64,000 nucleotides of DNA from Vicinamibacteria bacterium (GCA_963422395.1 OY729431.1:1280001-1344000); one strand, 5' to 3'. Numbered from the stretch's first letter, positions 19,276-29,887 are shown. Program-made: numbers and translations. Notes: generated by a model not told the origin, from the sequence alone.

Positions 19276-20961
19276 ATGTCCGGAAAATTTTCCCGCGACG
19301 AGCGCCGCCTCGCCGGGCGCGCGGGTTGGGTGAGCCTCGGGGTCCTGTTCTCTCGCGTCACCGGCCTCGTGCGGGAGCAGGTGCTGGCTTTCCTGTTTCC
19401 CACTCGGCTGCTCGACGCCTTCTACGCGGCGTATACCTTCCCGAACACGCTGCGGGAACTTCTCGGAGAAGGAGCGCTCTCGAAGGCGTTCATCGCCACT
19501 TTCGCCCGAGTGGATCAGAACCAGGGGCCGGATGCCGCCCACCGATTGTTCGATCGAATCCTTCGGGCACTGCTGCCGGCCGCTCTGCTGGTGAGCGTGC
19601 TCGGTGTCGTGTTCGCTCCGGAGCTCGTGGATTTCGTTTTTTCGAGAGGCGCGTTCCACACATCGCTTCCGGAAAGGCAGCGCTTCGGCTTCGACACCCC
19701 GCGGGAGCTGGCGGTGTGGCTCACCCGGCTCATGTTCCCGTTCCTCTTCTTCGTCGCGCTGGCGGCTCTCTTCATGAGTGGACTGCACGCGCGCAGCCAG
19801 TTCTTTCTGCCGGGGCTGGCCGCGACCTTCTTCAATGTCACGGTGATCGTCTTCGGCATCGTGGGCTTCGCCGCGGCGCCGGAACTCGGCCTTCATCCGA
19901 TGTCGGGGCTCGCGATCGGAGTTCCGGCCGGCGGGGTCGTCCTGCTGCTCGTTCAGGCACTTTGGTTCGGCCGGAGCGGGTATCGCCCCCGGCGGACCGG
20001 AGGACCCCGGGCGGTGGTCCGCGATCCTGCGTTTCGCCGGGTGTGCCGGCTCTTCGCGCCGGCGGCGGCTGCCGCCGGGAGCCTGCAGTTCAATGTGGTC
20101 ATCTCTCGCCATTTCGCTTCTGCGGGAACCTCCTGGCTCGCCTGGTTCGCCATGTCGTATCGGCTGGTGCAGTTCCCTGCGGGGCTCATCAATGTGGCGA
20201 TCTCGAGCGCCACGCTGCCGTCGCTCACCCGTTCCGCCGCCCGGGGCGATCCGGACGGTTTCGACCGAATGCTGGGACAGTCCGTCCGCCTGATGGCGAT
20301 TCTGGCTTGTGCGGCGGGTGCTGGACTTCTCGCGATCGCCGAGCCGCTCGTTTCCCTGATCTACCGCCGCGGCGCGTTCACTCCCAGTGACAGCGCGCAG
20401 GTCGCGGCGATGCTCTCGATCTTCGTCCTGGGGTTGCCGGCCTTCGGGCTCACGAAGCTGCTCTCCGATGCCTTTTTCGCCATCGGAACGACTCGGCCGC
20501 CGCTCGCGGTCGCCGCCTTCGGAGTGGCTTCGACTTGGATCACGACCCGGAGTTTCGTGGCGACCGCCGGATTCGGCCATCTCGGGCTTCCGCTCGCGAC
20601 CGTTTCGGTGGCGTGGTTGCAGGCGGTTCTTCTGACGCTGCTTCTCGCGCCCCGGCTCGGAGTGGACCGGTGCGGGCGGAGAAGGTGGCGAGCCCTGTCT
20701 TCGGAAATGGCGGGAGTGGCGCTGCGCGCCGTACCGGTGGCGCTCGTTACCGGCGCCGCTGCTCGGGGGGGGGCCGAACTGATTCGCGGGCGCCTGGGCG
20801 GCGGGAGCGTGGAACTCCTCTCCACGATTCTGTTCGCGGTGGCCGCCGGCGCTTCGGCGTGGGTCGTGACCGTTCCGGTGATCGCTCCGCGGGAGTGGGT
20901 CCTGATTCGGGATCCGTTGATGGGGCTGATCCGCCGTCTCCGCTCCGGATCGCATCGGTGA
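19276..20961 (+). CDS. murJ: Lipid II flippase MurJ (MviN)
   Basis: SRVTGLVRE, DAFYAA...PNTLRELLGEGALS, RLMFPFL, YRLVQFP. Confidence 0.93.
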   Translation: MSGKFSRDERRLAGRAGWVSLGVLFSRVTGLVREQVLAFLFPTRLLDAFYAAYTFPNTLRELLGEGALSKAFIATFARVDQNQGPDAAHRLFDRILRALLPAALLVSVLGVVFAPELVDFVFSRGAFHTSLPERQRFGFDTPRELAVWLTRLMFPFLFFVALAALFMSGLHARSQFFLPGLAATFFNVTVIVFGIVGFAAAPELGLHPMSGLAIGVPAGGVVLLLVQALWFGRSGYRPRRTGGPRAVVRDPAFRRVCRLFAPAAAAAGSLQFNVVISRHFASAGTSWLAWFAMSYRLVQFPAGLINVAISSATLPSLTRSAARGDPDGFDRMLGQSVRLMAILACAAGAGLLAIAEPLVSLIYRRGAFTPSDSAQVAAMLSIFVLGLPAFGLTKLLSDAFFAIGTTRPPLAVAAFGVASTWITTRSFVATAGFGHLGLPLATVSVAWLQAVLLTLLLAPRLGVDRCGRRRWRALSSEMAGVALRAVPVALVTGAAARGGAELIRGRLGGGSVELLSTILFAVAAGASAWVVTVPVIAPREWVLIRDPLMGLIRRLRSGSHR

Positions 20962-21887
20962 GGTCAGATCCGGAGCGGCCCGAGGATCCGCTGGTGACGC
21001 GGTTTCTGACCTACTTGCGCCTGGAGCGGGGCCTTTCGGAAAACACCATCGACGCGTACCGCAGTGATCTTCGGAAACTCTCGGTCTTCGCGGGGGAGAA
21101 GTCGCTTCTAGAGCTCGATACCCGTGATCTTCAGGAGTTCCTGACCGATCTGCATCGCCGCGGGCTCGCCTTCCGGTCCATGCAGCGCATCACCTCCACG
21201 ATGCGCGGGGCCTTCGGGTTCTTCGTCGCTACCGGTGTTCTGGAACGGGATCCCACGGAGGCCATCACTTCGGTGCGGGCGCCTTTGGGCTTGCCCCGTT
21301 ATCTGTCTGCTGCCGAAGTCGAGCGGCTGCTGGACGTCCCCGACGATTCCCCCCGCGGGCTTCGGAACCGCGCGATGCTCGAAATGCTCTATGCGACGGG
21401 GCTCCGCGTGTCCGAACTGGTGCGCCTCCGGCTGAAGGATGTGGCACCGGCTCGCGAAGGTTCTCCCGGGTATCTCACCGTGATCGGCAAAGGCGACAAG
21501 GCGCGCATCGTGCCCTTCGGAGAAACCGCCGCCATCCGGCTTGCGGTCTGGCTGCGCGAAGGCCGTCCGCTGGTTCTGGCCGGAAAAGTGGATCGTTCCT
21601 GGCTCTTCGTCACCGGTCGAGGAATGGCCATGAGCCGCCTGCGTTTCTGGCAGATCGTGCGGGCCTGTGGGGAAGAGGCGGGGATCCGGCGCCGCTTCTC
21701 GCCCCATGTGCTTCGCCATTCCTTCGCCACCCATCTGCTCGAGCGCGGGGCCGACCTGCGGAGCCTGCAACAGATGCTCGGCCACGCTTCGGTCTCGACT
21801 ACCCAGATCTATACCCATGTGACCGAGGAGCGCCTTCGCCAGATCTACGATCTGCACCACCCGCGCGCGAAGCGGGGCGGGGGTTGA
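20958..21887 (+). CDS. xerD: Site-specific tyrosine recombinase XerD
   Basis: LERGLSENTIDAYRSDL, YATGLRVSEL, SPHVLRHSFATHLL, LGH...TTQIYTHV. Confidence 0.92.
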   Translation: MRSDPERPEDPLVTRFLTYLRLERGLSENTIDAYRSDLRKLSVFAGEKSLLELDTRDLQEFLTDLHRRGLAFRSMQRITSTMRGAFGFFVATGVLERDPTEAITSVRAPLGLPRYLSAAEVERLLDVPDDSPRGLRNRAMLEMLYATGLRVSELVRLRLKDVAPAREGSPGYLTVIGKGDKARIVPFGETAAIRLAVWLREGRPLVLAGKVDRSWLFVTGRGMAMSRLRFWQIVRACGEEAGIRRRFSPHVLRHSFATHLLERGADLRSLQQMLGHASVSTTQIYTHVTEERLRQIYDLHHPRAKRGGG

Positions 21888-21893
21888 TCTCGA

Positions 21894-22577
21894 GTGGAAT
21901 GGCCGGGCAGTGGCCGCGCGTTCGCGGATCGGCCACCCGAGGAACGAAGGCGGATGCTCGCCGAGGCCGCCGCTGCCCTGCGAGAGGGCGGAGTGGTCCT
22001 CTATCCCACCGAGACCTACTACGCGCTGGGCGCCGATCCGCGGTCGCCGGCGGGGGCCGCGCTGGTGTTCCGCATCAAGGGCCGCCCTGCGGATCGCCCG
22101 CTGCCCTGGATCGCCGCCAGCAGGGAGCAGGTGGAGCAGGTCTGCCGGCTCCCGCCGGCAGCGCGCACCCTGGCGGAGCGTTATTGGCCCGGGCCCCTGA
22201 CCCTGGTGCTGCCGGGCCGCGGACGGAAACGCGCAATCGCTGCGGTGCGGGTCAGTTCGCATCCGCTCGCGCGGGCGCTCGCTGAGGCGCTCGGGCATCC
22301 GGTGATCGCGACCAGTGCGAATCCGAGCGGCGCTCCTCCGGCGACCACCGCCATCGAGGCCTCCCGAAGACTCACCGGTCCCGGCGGAGAGGCGCTTCGG
22401 ATCCTGGATGGCGGCGCGACCCCAGGGGGGGCGCCTTCGGTGATCGTGAAAGCCTCCCGCGGAAAACTCGAAACCCTCCGCGGCGATCTCACCCGGCTGA
22501 GGCCGTATCCGATGAGCAGCGCCGCCCGCCGGCTCGTTCGCCGATCCGGGACCACAACCGACGATGAAGGCCCGTGA
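21894..22577 (+). CDS. tsaC: L-threonylcarbamoyladenylate synthase (YrdC/TsaC)
   Basis: YPTETYYALG, KGRP, WPGPLTL, ATSANPSG. Confidence 0.92.
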   Translation: MEWPGSGRAFADRPPEERRRMLAEAAAALREGGVVLYPTETYYALGADPRSPAGAALVFRIKGRPADRPLPWIAASREQVEQVCRLPPAARTLAERYWPGPLTLVLPGRGRKRAIAAVRVSSHPLARALAEALGHPVIATSANPSGAPPATTAIEASRRLTGPGGEALRILDGGATPGGAPSVIVKASRGKLETLRGDLTRLRPYPMSSAARRLVRRSGTTTDDEGP

Positions 22578-22790
22578 GGGACCTCTGGCCGGGGTCAGAA
22601 AATCACTTGTTGCGGCCGAGGTTGTACCTCGGGCGCGTCGCAGCCGGGGAATGTGCGAAAGGGGTGTCCCTCGAGGTGGTGGCTTGGAATCGCGCTCGCT
22701 GCCGCCCCTCTTCCAGACTTGGCGGCGAACCGGGTCCGGGGAAGGGGGCGAGCGGCAGGAGTGCGATTCCCGCCCCCGAAACGCCCGTGG
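22578..22790 (+). repeat. Family B repeat, partial unit between convergent tsaC and lon
   Basis: aaatcacttgttgcggccgagg...cctcgggcgcg...gaatgtgcgaaagggg...gcggcaggagtgcgattc. Confidence 0.82.
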
Positions 22791-22791
22791 G

Positions 22792-25263
22792 TCAGTGCAT
22801 CGGCAACCGGCTGGTGTCGGCCCCGGCTTCGATCGCCGGAGTGGGGGCCAAGTTGGGGAAGATGATCGGAATCGTCTCGTCGAGAGTCGAGACCAGGTGG
22901 ATCTGCAGATCGTCGCGAACCTCGTCGGGAACATCTTCGAGCAGAACCCCCTCGTTGAGTCGGGGCACGATCACTTCCTGGATACCGTAACGGTGGGCGG
23001 CGAGCAGCTTCTCCTTGATCCCGCCGACCGGAAGGATGTGCCCGGTCAGCGTGATCTCGCCGGTCATCGCCAGTTCGGAGCGGCAGACGGAGCCCGTCAG
23101 TACCGAGACGAGCGCTGCCACCAGGGTGATTCCCGCCGAGGGGCCGTCTTTCGGAGTGGAACCTTCCGGCACATGGAAGTGGATATCGGACTTCTTGTAG
23201 AAGTCCCCGGTGATGCCGTAGGCCGCTCCGTTCTGGCGCACCCACGACAGCGCCGCTGCCGCTGACTCCTTCATCACTTCGCCGAGCTGCCCGGTCAGGG
23301 TGAGGCGGGTGTTTCCCTTCATGCGGGAAGCCTCGGCGAACAGCAGATCACCGCCCACCGGAGTCCAGGCGAGGCCTACCGCGACCCCGGGAACGCTGAC
23401 CCGCGCCTCGAGCTCACGGGAGAGCGAGGTCGGCGCGCCGAGCAGATCGTTCACCGTTTGCGGAGTCACCTGGAGCGATCCCTTCTCCCCTTCGGCGAGT
23501 TTGCGGACCACCTTGCGGCAGATCTTGGCGATCGCGCGCTCCATGTTCCGGAGGCCGGCTTCGCGCGTGTAGTCCCGGATGATCGCCGAGATGGACTCCC
23601 GGTCGAGCACCGGAGCCACCTCCTCGTCGGAGATCCCGTGGTTGTCGAGTTGCCGCGGAATGATGTGCCGGATGGCGATCTGGACCTTCTCCTCCTCGGT
23701 ATATCCCTGAAGGCCGAGGATCTCCATTCGGTCCTTCAACGCCGGCGGCACTGGATCCACCATGTTCGCGGTCGCGATGAACAACACCTCGGAGAGATCG
23801 AAGGCCAGATCGAGATAGTGGTCCCGGAAGGAGTCGTTCTGTTCGGGGTCGAGCACTTCGAGCAGCGCCGAACTCGGATCGCCGCGGAAGTCCATCCCGA
23901 GCTTGTCCACCTCGTCCAGCATGAAGACCGGATTCCGGGTGCCGGCTCGCACGAGGCTCTGGATGATCTGCCCCGGCAGCGCGCCGATGTAGGTCCGCCG
24001 GTGCCCGCGGATTTCGGCTTCGTCCCGGATTCCGCCGAGGCTCAGCCGCACGAATTCGCGTCCGACTGCTTTAGCGATGGACTTGCCGAGGCTCGTCTTG
24101 CCGACTCCCGGGGGGCCCACGAAACAGAGGATCGGTCCCTTCTGATCGGGTTTCCGCTCCCGGACGGCGAGGAATTCGAGGATGCGGTCCTTGACCTTCT
24201 CGAGGTCGTAGTGGTCTGCCTCGAGGATGCCCTTGGCGCGCGGGATGTCGTATTTGTCCTCGGTGCGTTCGTTCCACGGAACCCGGACCAGCCAGTCGAG
24301 GTAGGTCCTGCCGACGGTGTACTCCGCCGACGCGGTAGGGATGCGGCCCAATCGGCGGAGTTCACGGAGCGCTTCCTTCTGGGCGGCTTCGGGCATTCCC
24401 ACCTTTTCGATCTTCTCCTTGAGTTCATCGAGTTCCTTGGTGGAATCGTCGCCGTCCCCGAGCTCCTTCTGGATCGCCTTCATCTGTTCGCGCAGGAAGA
24501 ATTCGCGCTGCGTCCGTCCGACCTCGCTCTTGACCTTGGACTCGATGCTGCGGCCGAGGTCCCGGACCTGCTTCTCCCGCAGGATCGCTGCGTATGCGAG
24601 CTCCAGCCGCTGCTCGATCGATAGCGTCTGCAGAACATCCTGCCGCTTTTCGGTGTTGAGGCTCGGCAGCTGTTCGGCCACGAAATCGGCGAGCTGGCCG
24701 GCGCTCCCCACCCGCGCCAACTGCGTCTTCATCACCTCGCGCGCTCTCGGGAAGAGATCGGTCTTGATCATGTCCTGAAGCTCTTCTCGAATCTTGCGGG
24801 TGAGCGCTTCGAACTGCACCGTGTTCGAGGCACCCGCCGTGCCGTCCAGCACGCGGATGTCCGCACGGACATACGGCTCGGTCTGCACGATCCGTTCGAC
24901 GCGGAACCGGAAGCTGCCGCGGATCACGATGCGGACGGTGCCCTCCCGCATGCGGACCTGCTTTTCGAGCCGGGCGGCGGTTCCGACCTGGTAGAGATCG
25001 TCCTCTCCCGGTTGATCCACCGAGTCGTCCTTCTGGGTCAGGACGGCGAGCATCACCATCGGCGGCTTGCCCGGCTCCGTTTCCTTTGCTTCCCGGGTGG
25101 CGTCCCGGAGCATCTGGATCGTGCTCTTCCTGCCCACCGAGAGCGGGAGGAAGGAGTGGGGGAAGACCACGATGTCCCGAAGCGGCAGCACGGGCACCAT
25201 GCGGTGCACCTGGCCCTGCGGCGAGCTGGGGTCGGTCAACGAGCCTTTCACCGGGTTCGACAT
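22792..25263 (-). CDS. lon: ATP-dependent protease La
   Basis: PVLPLRDIVVFP, Walker A GPPGVGKTS, PKDGPSAG catalytic Ser, GGIKEK; AAGGAGA RBS. Confidence 0.97.
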   Translation of the reverse strand: MSNPVKGSLTDPSSPQGQVHRMVPVLPLRDIVVFPHSFLPLSVGRKSTIQMLRDATREAKETEPGKPPMVMLAVLTQKDDSVDQPGEDDLYQVGTAARLEKQVRMREGTVRIVIRGSFRFRVERIVQTEPYVRADIRVLDGTAGASNTVQFEALTRKIREELQDMIKTDLFPRAREVMKTQLARVGSAGQLADFVAEQLPSLNTEKRQDVLQTLSIEQRLELAYAAILREKQVRDLGRSIESKVKSEVGRTQREFFLREQMKAIQKELGDGDDSTKELDELKEKIEKVGMPEAAQKEALRELRRLGRIPTASAEYTVGRTYLDWLVRVPWNERTEDKYDIPRAKGILEADHYDLEKVKDRILEFLAVRERKPDQKGPILCFVGPPGVGKTSLGKSIAKAVGREFVRLSLGGIRDEAEIRGHRRTYIGALPGQIIQSLVRAGTRNPVFMLDEVDKLGMDFRGDPSSALLEVLDPEQNDSFRDHYLDLAFDLSEVLFIATANMVDPVPPALKDRMEILGLQGYTEEEKVQIAIRHIIPRQLDNHGISDEEVAPVLDRESISAIIRDYTREAGLRNMERAIAKICRKVVRKLAEGEKGSLQVTPQTVNDLLGAPTSLSRELEARVSVPGVAVGLAWTPVGGDLLFAEASRMKGNTRLTLTGQLGEVMKESAAAALSWVRQNGAAYGITGDFYKKSDIHFHVPEGSTPKDGPSAGITLVAALVSVLTGSVCRSELAMTGEITLTGHILPVGGIKEKLLAAHRYGIQEVIVPRLNEGVLLEDVPDEVRDDLQIHLVSTLDETIPIIFPNLAPTPAIEAGADTSRLPMH

Positions 25264-25326
25264 CGGCGGTCGTCTCCTTCGAATGCGGCGCATCCTAGCA
25301 TAGTAGAAAATTTTGTGCGCGAATCG

Positions 25327-25355
25327 TTGTCAAATTTCCTATAAATCATTGACAA
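25327..25355. promoter_or_regulatory. Inverted repeat TTGTCAA-N15-TTGACAA upstream of lon (candidate operator)
   Basis: Perfect 7-bp dyad in an AT-rich island. Confidence 0.4.
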
Positions 25356-25418
25356 AACGGTCATTTCAGGAGCCTGTAGTTCGCCTGAATATGAGCCCAT
25401 CGTTATAAACTCTGGCGA

Positions 25419-25871
25419 TCATCCGAAGGACACCTCGTCCGGAAGCTCGTTGATATCCTCGGGCTGGACCGGGAAGTGCCGGGAGAGGAGGCCCCCGATG
25501 CGGCGGACGCCGTGCTCGAGGCCGTCGCCCACTCCGTGTTCACGGATGTGTTCGCTGATCTCGCGCGCGATTTCGTTCCAGCCGGCGACCCCCACTCGGT
25601 CGTCGATCGCCCGGTCGGCCACGATCTCGAATCGGCAGGAGCGCACCGCCAAGAAGAGAAGGACCCCGGAGCCGTCGCGGGTTCGATCCATCCCGAGCCG
25701 GAAGAAGTCGCGGACCGCCCGTCGCCGCGGGTTCTCCAGCGGCCGTAGCCGAGGGATCACATGGACCCGCAGCTCGCCTGCGGTCTTCCGCTCGGCCTCT
25801 GCGATCGCCGCGGCGATGCGGTCGAGGTCTCCTTCGGACAGCGCCGAGCGGAGCCGTCTGGGAACGCGCAT
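25419..25871 (-). CDS. TPM domain protein (DUF477-like)
   Basis: IAEAERKTAGELRV, GVLLFLA, EIVADRAI, DINELPDEV. Confidence 0.85.
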   Translation of the reverse strand: MRVPRRLRSALSEGDLDRIAAAIAEAERKTAGELRVHVIPRLRPLENPRRRAVRDFFRLGMDRTRDGSGVLLFLAVRSCRFEIVADRAIDDRVGVAGWNEIAREISEHIREHGVGDGLEHGVRRIGGLLSRHFPVQPEDINELPDEVSFG

Positions 25872-25946
25872 CGAGAAATTCCGGGGGTTTTCGGGCGGGA
25901 GACCGGTGGCATGGTAGCCGAGCTCTTTGCGCACCGGCCGGTGCCG

Positions 25947-26876
25947 CTACCAGCTTCCGCTGGCGCCGCCTCCACCGAAGCTGCCGCCCCCACCCGAGAA
26001 ACCGGCGAAGCCCCTGCCGAGACCACTGCCTAAAGCTGATCCGCCCCAGACGGCTCCCCCACCTCCCGGAGTTCCCCCGTAGCCCCATCCGGACCGGTCG
26101 GCGGAGGCCCGGCGGAACGCGGTAGCTCCGATGCCGGCAACCAGGCCGAGCGGCACGAGCCAGAAGAGCGAACCGATACCGATCAGGAGGAAGCCGAAAA
26201 GGGCGGCGATCCCGGCGCCGAGGGCCGACGCTCCCGCCGGATGGAATACCGTGCCCACATAGCCGAGCAGCTTCATGGCGAGGAGCAGTCCCAGGATCCA
26301 CAGCAACGAGGTTCGCCGGCGCTGCGGACGGCCCGGGGCGCGGGCCCCGCTGCCTCGTCCGGTGTATTCGCCGCGGGCCGCTTCTCCGAGAGCGCGGGTT
26401 ACCGCCCGGAACCCGGCGGCGTACTCCCCGTTTGCGAATCGCGGGGCGAGCTCGTCGCGGAGGATGCGGCCGCCGAGTCCGTCGGGAATCACCGATTCGA
26501 GTCCATAGCCCACCTCGATCCGCGCTCGCCGGTCTTCGACGGAGACCAGCACCAGCACTCCGTTGTCACTCTCCGCCTGTCCGAGGCCCCAGTGCTCGGC
26601 GAGCCGGATCGTGTAGTCCTCGATCGCGCCCTCGATTGCGGGAACGCTCACCAGAACGATCTGGACCGAAGTCTCGGTCTCGAGACCGGCGAGGTATCGG
26701 GTGAGTTCCGCTTCCTCCTCGTCCGACAGGATGCCGGCCATATCTACGATCCTGCCGGTGAGTTCGGGGAGCGTCGTCTGTCCCGAGGCCGTCACGGCGG
26801 CGATCGCGGAGACGACTGCCGCCAGCAGGACGGCGCCTGCTCGCTGCAGGGAGCTGCCGGTCGGGCTGCCGGTCAA
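25947..26876 (-). CDS. TPM domain membrane protein (YgcG-like)
   Basis: GRIVDMAGIL, DNGVLVLV, RIEVGYGLE, C-terminal FSGGGGSFGGGGASGSW. Confidence 0.9.
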   Translation of the reverse strand: MTGSPTGSSLQRAGAVLLAAVVSAIAAVTASGQTTLPELTGRIVDMAGILSDEEEAELTRYLAGLETETSVQIVLVSVPAIEGAIEDYTIRLAEHWGLGQAESDNGVLVLVSVEDRRARIEVGYGLESVIPDGLGGRILRDELAPRFANGEYAAGFRAVTRALGEAARGEYTGRGSGARAPGRPQRRRTSLLWILGLLLAMKLLGYVGTVFHPAGASALGAGIAALFGFLLIGIGSLFWLVPLGLVAGIGATAFRRASADRSGWGYGGTPGGGGAVWGGSALGSGLGRGFAGFSGGGGSFGGGGASGSW

Positions 26877-27490
26877 GGCGAGAAATCCACGACGGGGGCG
26901 CTCTCGGCTCCTTCGTCTGCTTCGAAGTAGGCGGCCTCGCCGAAGTCGAACCACGACGCCGCGATCCGGGTGAAGAAGCGCCGCCGGCGGGTGTTGTACG
27001 ACTGCGCCGCCTCGTTGAAGCGCCGGCGCTCCACCGCGATGCGGTTTTCGGTTCCCGCCAGCTCGTCTTGGAGATTGAGGAAGTTCTGGTTCGCCTTGAT
27101 GTCGGGATAACGCTCCACGACCACCATGAGCCGCGCCAGGGCCGAGGACAGCGCCCCCTGTGCCGCTTGGAAACGCGAGAGCGCCTGCGGATCGCTCAGG
27201 TCGTTCGCGGAAAGCTGCACCCCGGTGGCCCGCGAGCGGGCCGAGACCACCGCTTCGAGCGTTTCGCGCTCGAAGTCCGCCGCGCCGCGCACCGTGTTCA
27301 CCAGGTTGGGAACGAGATCGGAGCGCCGCTGATACACATTTTCGACCTGCGCCCAAGACGCCTTCACCGACTCGTCGAGCGTCACCAGTGCGTTGTAGGT
27401 GGAGGTTATGGAGAAGAAGGCGATGAGGCCGAGGACCAGCAGTACCGCCAGCGTTCCGCCACAGCCGGCGAGAAGGTATTTCTTGTTCAT
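26873..27490 (-). CDS. lemA: LemA family protein
   Basis: YQRRSDLVPNLV, ERYPDIKANQNF, LAGTENRIAVERRRFNE. Confidence 0.95.
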   Translation of the reverse strand: MNKKYLLAGCGGTLAVLLVLGLIAFFSITSTYNALVTLDESVKASWAQVENVYQRRSDLVPNLVNTVRGAADFERETLEAVVSARSRATGVQLSANDLSDPQALSRFQAAQGALSSALARLMVVVERYPDIKANQNFLNLQDELAGTENRIAVERRRFNEAAQSYNTRRRRFFTRIAASWFDFGEAAYFEADEGAESAPVVDFSP

Positions 27491-27556
27491 GGATGTGGTG
27501 GTCGTCGACGAATCGACCTGCTCCGGATGGGCGTCGTTCTTTCTGCGGTACAGCAG

Positions 27557-29887
27557 CTAAGGATGGTAGGTGTTCGTCGGTTCGGTGCCGTGCAGGAAAG
27601 CCTCGAGAATCGTGTTCGGTCCCCGGTCCGCCGGCTGGCCGCTTTCGAGATCCACCGGAATCAGGGTGACATTGGGAGGCGCCCGGAAACCGGACCGCGG
27701 GGCGTCACCCCGCGTGGCCTCCATGAATCGGATCCACGCCGGCAGCGCCGCTCTGGCCCCGCTCTCCCGCTCTCCCAGCGATTGGTTCTCGTCCTGCCCG
27801 ATCCAGACGCCGGCGGCGATCTCCGGATCGAAACCGATGAACCAGGCGTCGGTGAAATCGTTCGTGGTCCCGGTCTTGCCCGCGATCGGCCGGTCGAGCC
27901 GCCTCGCGGCGACCGCGGTTCCCCGCGCCACCACCCCTTCGAGCAGGTGGGTGATCACATAGGCGAGGTCCGCGGGAATCACCGATGCCGTCTTCGGGTG
28001 GAAACGCTCCAGCTCGCGGCCGCCGGAATCGGTTACCCGGGTGATGAAGTGCGGCTCCATCCGGACCCCCTGGTTCGGAAAGGCACTGTAGGCGGAGACC
28101 ATTTCGAGCAGGGTCACATCACTCGCGCCCAGCGTGATCGAGAGGACCGGTAACAGCTCTCCGCCGATCCCCAGACGCCGCGCCAGGGCGGCGACCTGTT
28201 CGGGCCCGACATCGTGGACCATGCGCACCGCCGGTACATTGCGGGAGCCCTCGAACGCCTGCCGCAGGGTGATCCAGCCGCGGTGCTCCTCGTCGTAGTT
28301 TCGGGGCTGGTAGCGCTGCCCGTTCACCGGATCGATCCAGGTGAACGGCGCATCGAGAAGCAGTGAGGTAGGGGAGAAGCGGCCGGTGGCCAGTGCGGCG
28401 CCGTAGGCGAAGGGCTTGAAGGAGGAACCTGCCTGCCGCCGAGCCTGCGTTGCCCGGTTGAACTCGCTGCGCTCGAAGTCGAAACCGCCGACCACCGCCC
28501 GGAGGGCGCCGCTCCCGATATCGAGTGCCAGAAAAGACCCCTCGGCCTGCGGCTCCTGTTCGAGAGTCACGAGCAGCGGCCCCGCGAGGGAGAGGTTGGC
28601 TGGGCGGCCGGCAGCGCCGCTCTCCGGGTTCCCCTCCCGAGCGCCGGCTCCGTCTTCCACGATCCGGAACTGCCCCAGATCGCCGACCCGGAACAGCCGT
28701 TCCGCCGGTCGGAAGGTCCAGTGCAGCGACTCCGGATCCACCCGGGCGCGAAAGCTCCCGATCCGGATTTCGGGCTCCGGGCCCGCCGCCGTCACCACTC
28801 CGCCCACCACCGCTCCGACCGTCAGGCCGTGGTTCCAGGAGGGGTCTCGGTACTCCGCCGGTTCGATGTTCTCGTCGAGCAGATTCCTCTCGAATCCGCG
28901 AAATCCGCTGCGTTTGTCGTGGGCGCGGAGCGTGCGGTCCACCGAGCGGCTCGCTGTCTGCTGCATGCCGGCGTCGAGCGTGGTGTGCACTCTGAGCCCG
29001 CCGCGGTAGGTGCGGAAATCGCCATATCGGTCGCGCAGGTGCTGGCGGACCATTTCGAGGAAGTGGGGGGCGAAACGGTGACGGCGGCGCGGGCGCAGGC
29101 GAAGCGGTTCTTCATGGGCTGCCTGGGCCTCTTCCGGCACCAGGAATCCCTCGTCCACCATTCGATCCAGCACGATCCGCCGCCGGCGTTTTGCCGCCTC
29201 GGGGTTGCGGAACGGATTGAAACGGCTCGGATTGGGAGCGACCCCGACGAGCATGGCCGCTTCCGCAACGGTGAGTTCGGGAGTGCTCTTGCCCAAGTAA
29301 TGTTGCGCTGCGGCTTCGATTCCGTGGGTTCCCTCCCCGAGGTGCACCTGGTTGGCGTAGAAGGTGAGGATTTCTTCTTTTCGGTAGGCGCGCTCGATGC
29401 GGAAAGCGGTGATGGCCTCCTTGATCTTGCGCTCCATCGTTTCGGCACGGTCGAGAAACAGCTCGCGGGCCACCTGCTGGGTGATGGTGCTGGCCCCGGA
29501 GACGATCCGGCCGGTGCGGTAGTTGTCCCAAAGCGCCCGGGCGATGCCGATCGGATCGAATCCGTGGTGCTGCCAGAAGCGCTGGTCTTCGGAAGCTACG
29601 AAGGCGTCGCGAAGGTGCTGCGGCAGCTGCCCGTACTCCATCTCGATCCGGCGCTCGATGGCGAACTGACCGATTTCCACCCCGTTGCGGTCGTACACGA
29701 TGCTGGTGGCGCTCGGCACATGGTTTTCGAGCTCCTCGATCAGCGGGATGTCGCTCTGATAGGCGGCGATGAGCCCGAGCATGGAGCCGGCGACCGCAGC
29801 GGCCGCGAACAGGAACCCGATGACGATCCGCCGGGCGAGCCGCTTGCCTGCCCGCGGGCGGTTCGGGTGACGCCGGCGGTGGGGCAT
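27557..29887 (-). CDS. mrcA: Penicillin-binding protein 1A
   Basis: EDQRFWQHHG and GASTITQQ (transglycosylase); SSFK, SRN, KTG (transpeptidase). Confidence 0.92.
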   Translation of the reverse strand: MPHRRRHPNRPRAGKRLARRIVIGFLFAAAAVAGSMLGLIAAYQSDIPLIEELENHVPSATSIVYDRNGVEIGQFAIERRIEMEYGQLPQHLRDAFVASEDQRFWQHHGFDPIGIARALWDNYRTGRIVSGASTITQQVARELFLDRAETMERKIKEAITAFRIERAYRKEEILTFYANQVHLGEGTHGIEAAAQHYLGKSTPELTVAEAAMLVGVAPNPSRFNPFRNPEAAKRRRRIVLDRMVDEGFLVPEEAQAAHEEPLRLRPRRRHRFAPHFLEMVRQHLRDRYGDFRTYRGGLRVHTTLDAGMQQTASRSVDRTLRAHDKRSGFRGFERNLLDENIEPAEYRDPSWNHGLTVGAVVGGVVTAAGPEPEIRIGSFRARVDPESLHWTFRPAERLFRVGDLGQFRIVEDGAGAREGNPESGAAGRPANLSLAGPLLVTLEQEPQAEGSFLALDIGSGALRAVVGGFDFERSEFNRATQARRQAGSSFKPFAYGAALATGRFSPTSLLLDAPFTWIDPVNGQRYQPRNYDEEHRGWITLRQAFEGSRNVPAVRMVHDVGPEQVAALARRLGIGGELLPVLSITLGASDVTLLEMVSAYSAFPNQGVRMEPHFITRVTDSGGRELERFHPKTASVIPADLAYVITHLLEGVVARGTAVAARRLDRPIAGKTGTTNDFTDAWFIGFDPEIAAGVWIGQDENQSLGERESGARAALPAWIRFMEATRGDAPRSGFRAPPNVTLIPVDLESGQPADRGPNTILEAFLHGTEPTNTYHP

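Noticed and set aside
20958-21887. Tyrosine recombinase as an integron or prophage integrase
   Set aside because: Typical XerD sequence without the IntI insertion, coupled to murJ and tsaC
25334-25361. dif-like site (ATTTCCTATAA resembles a XerC arm)
   Set aside because: No TTATGT(T/A)AA XerD arm at 6-bp spacing
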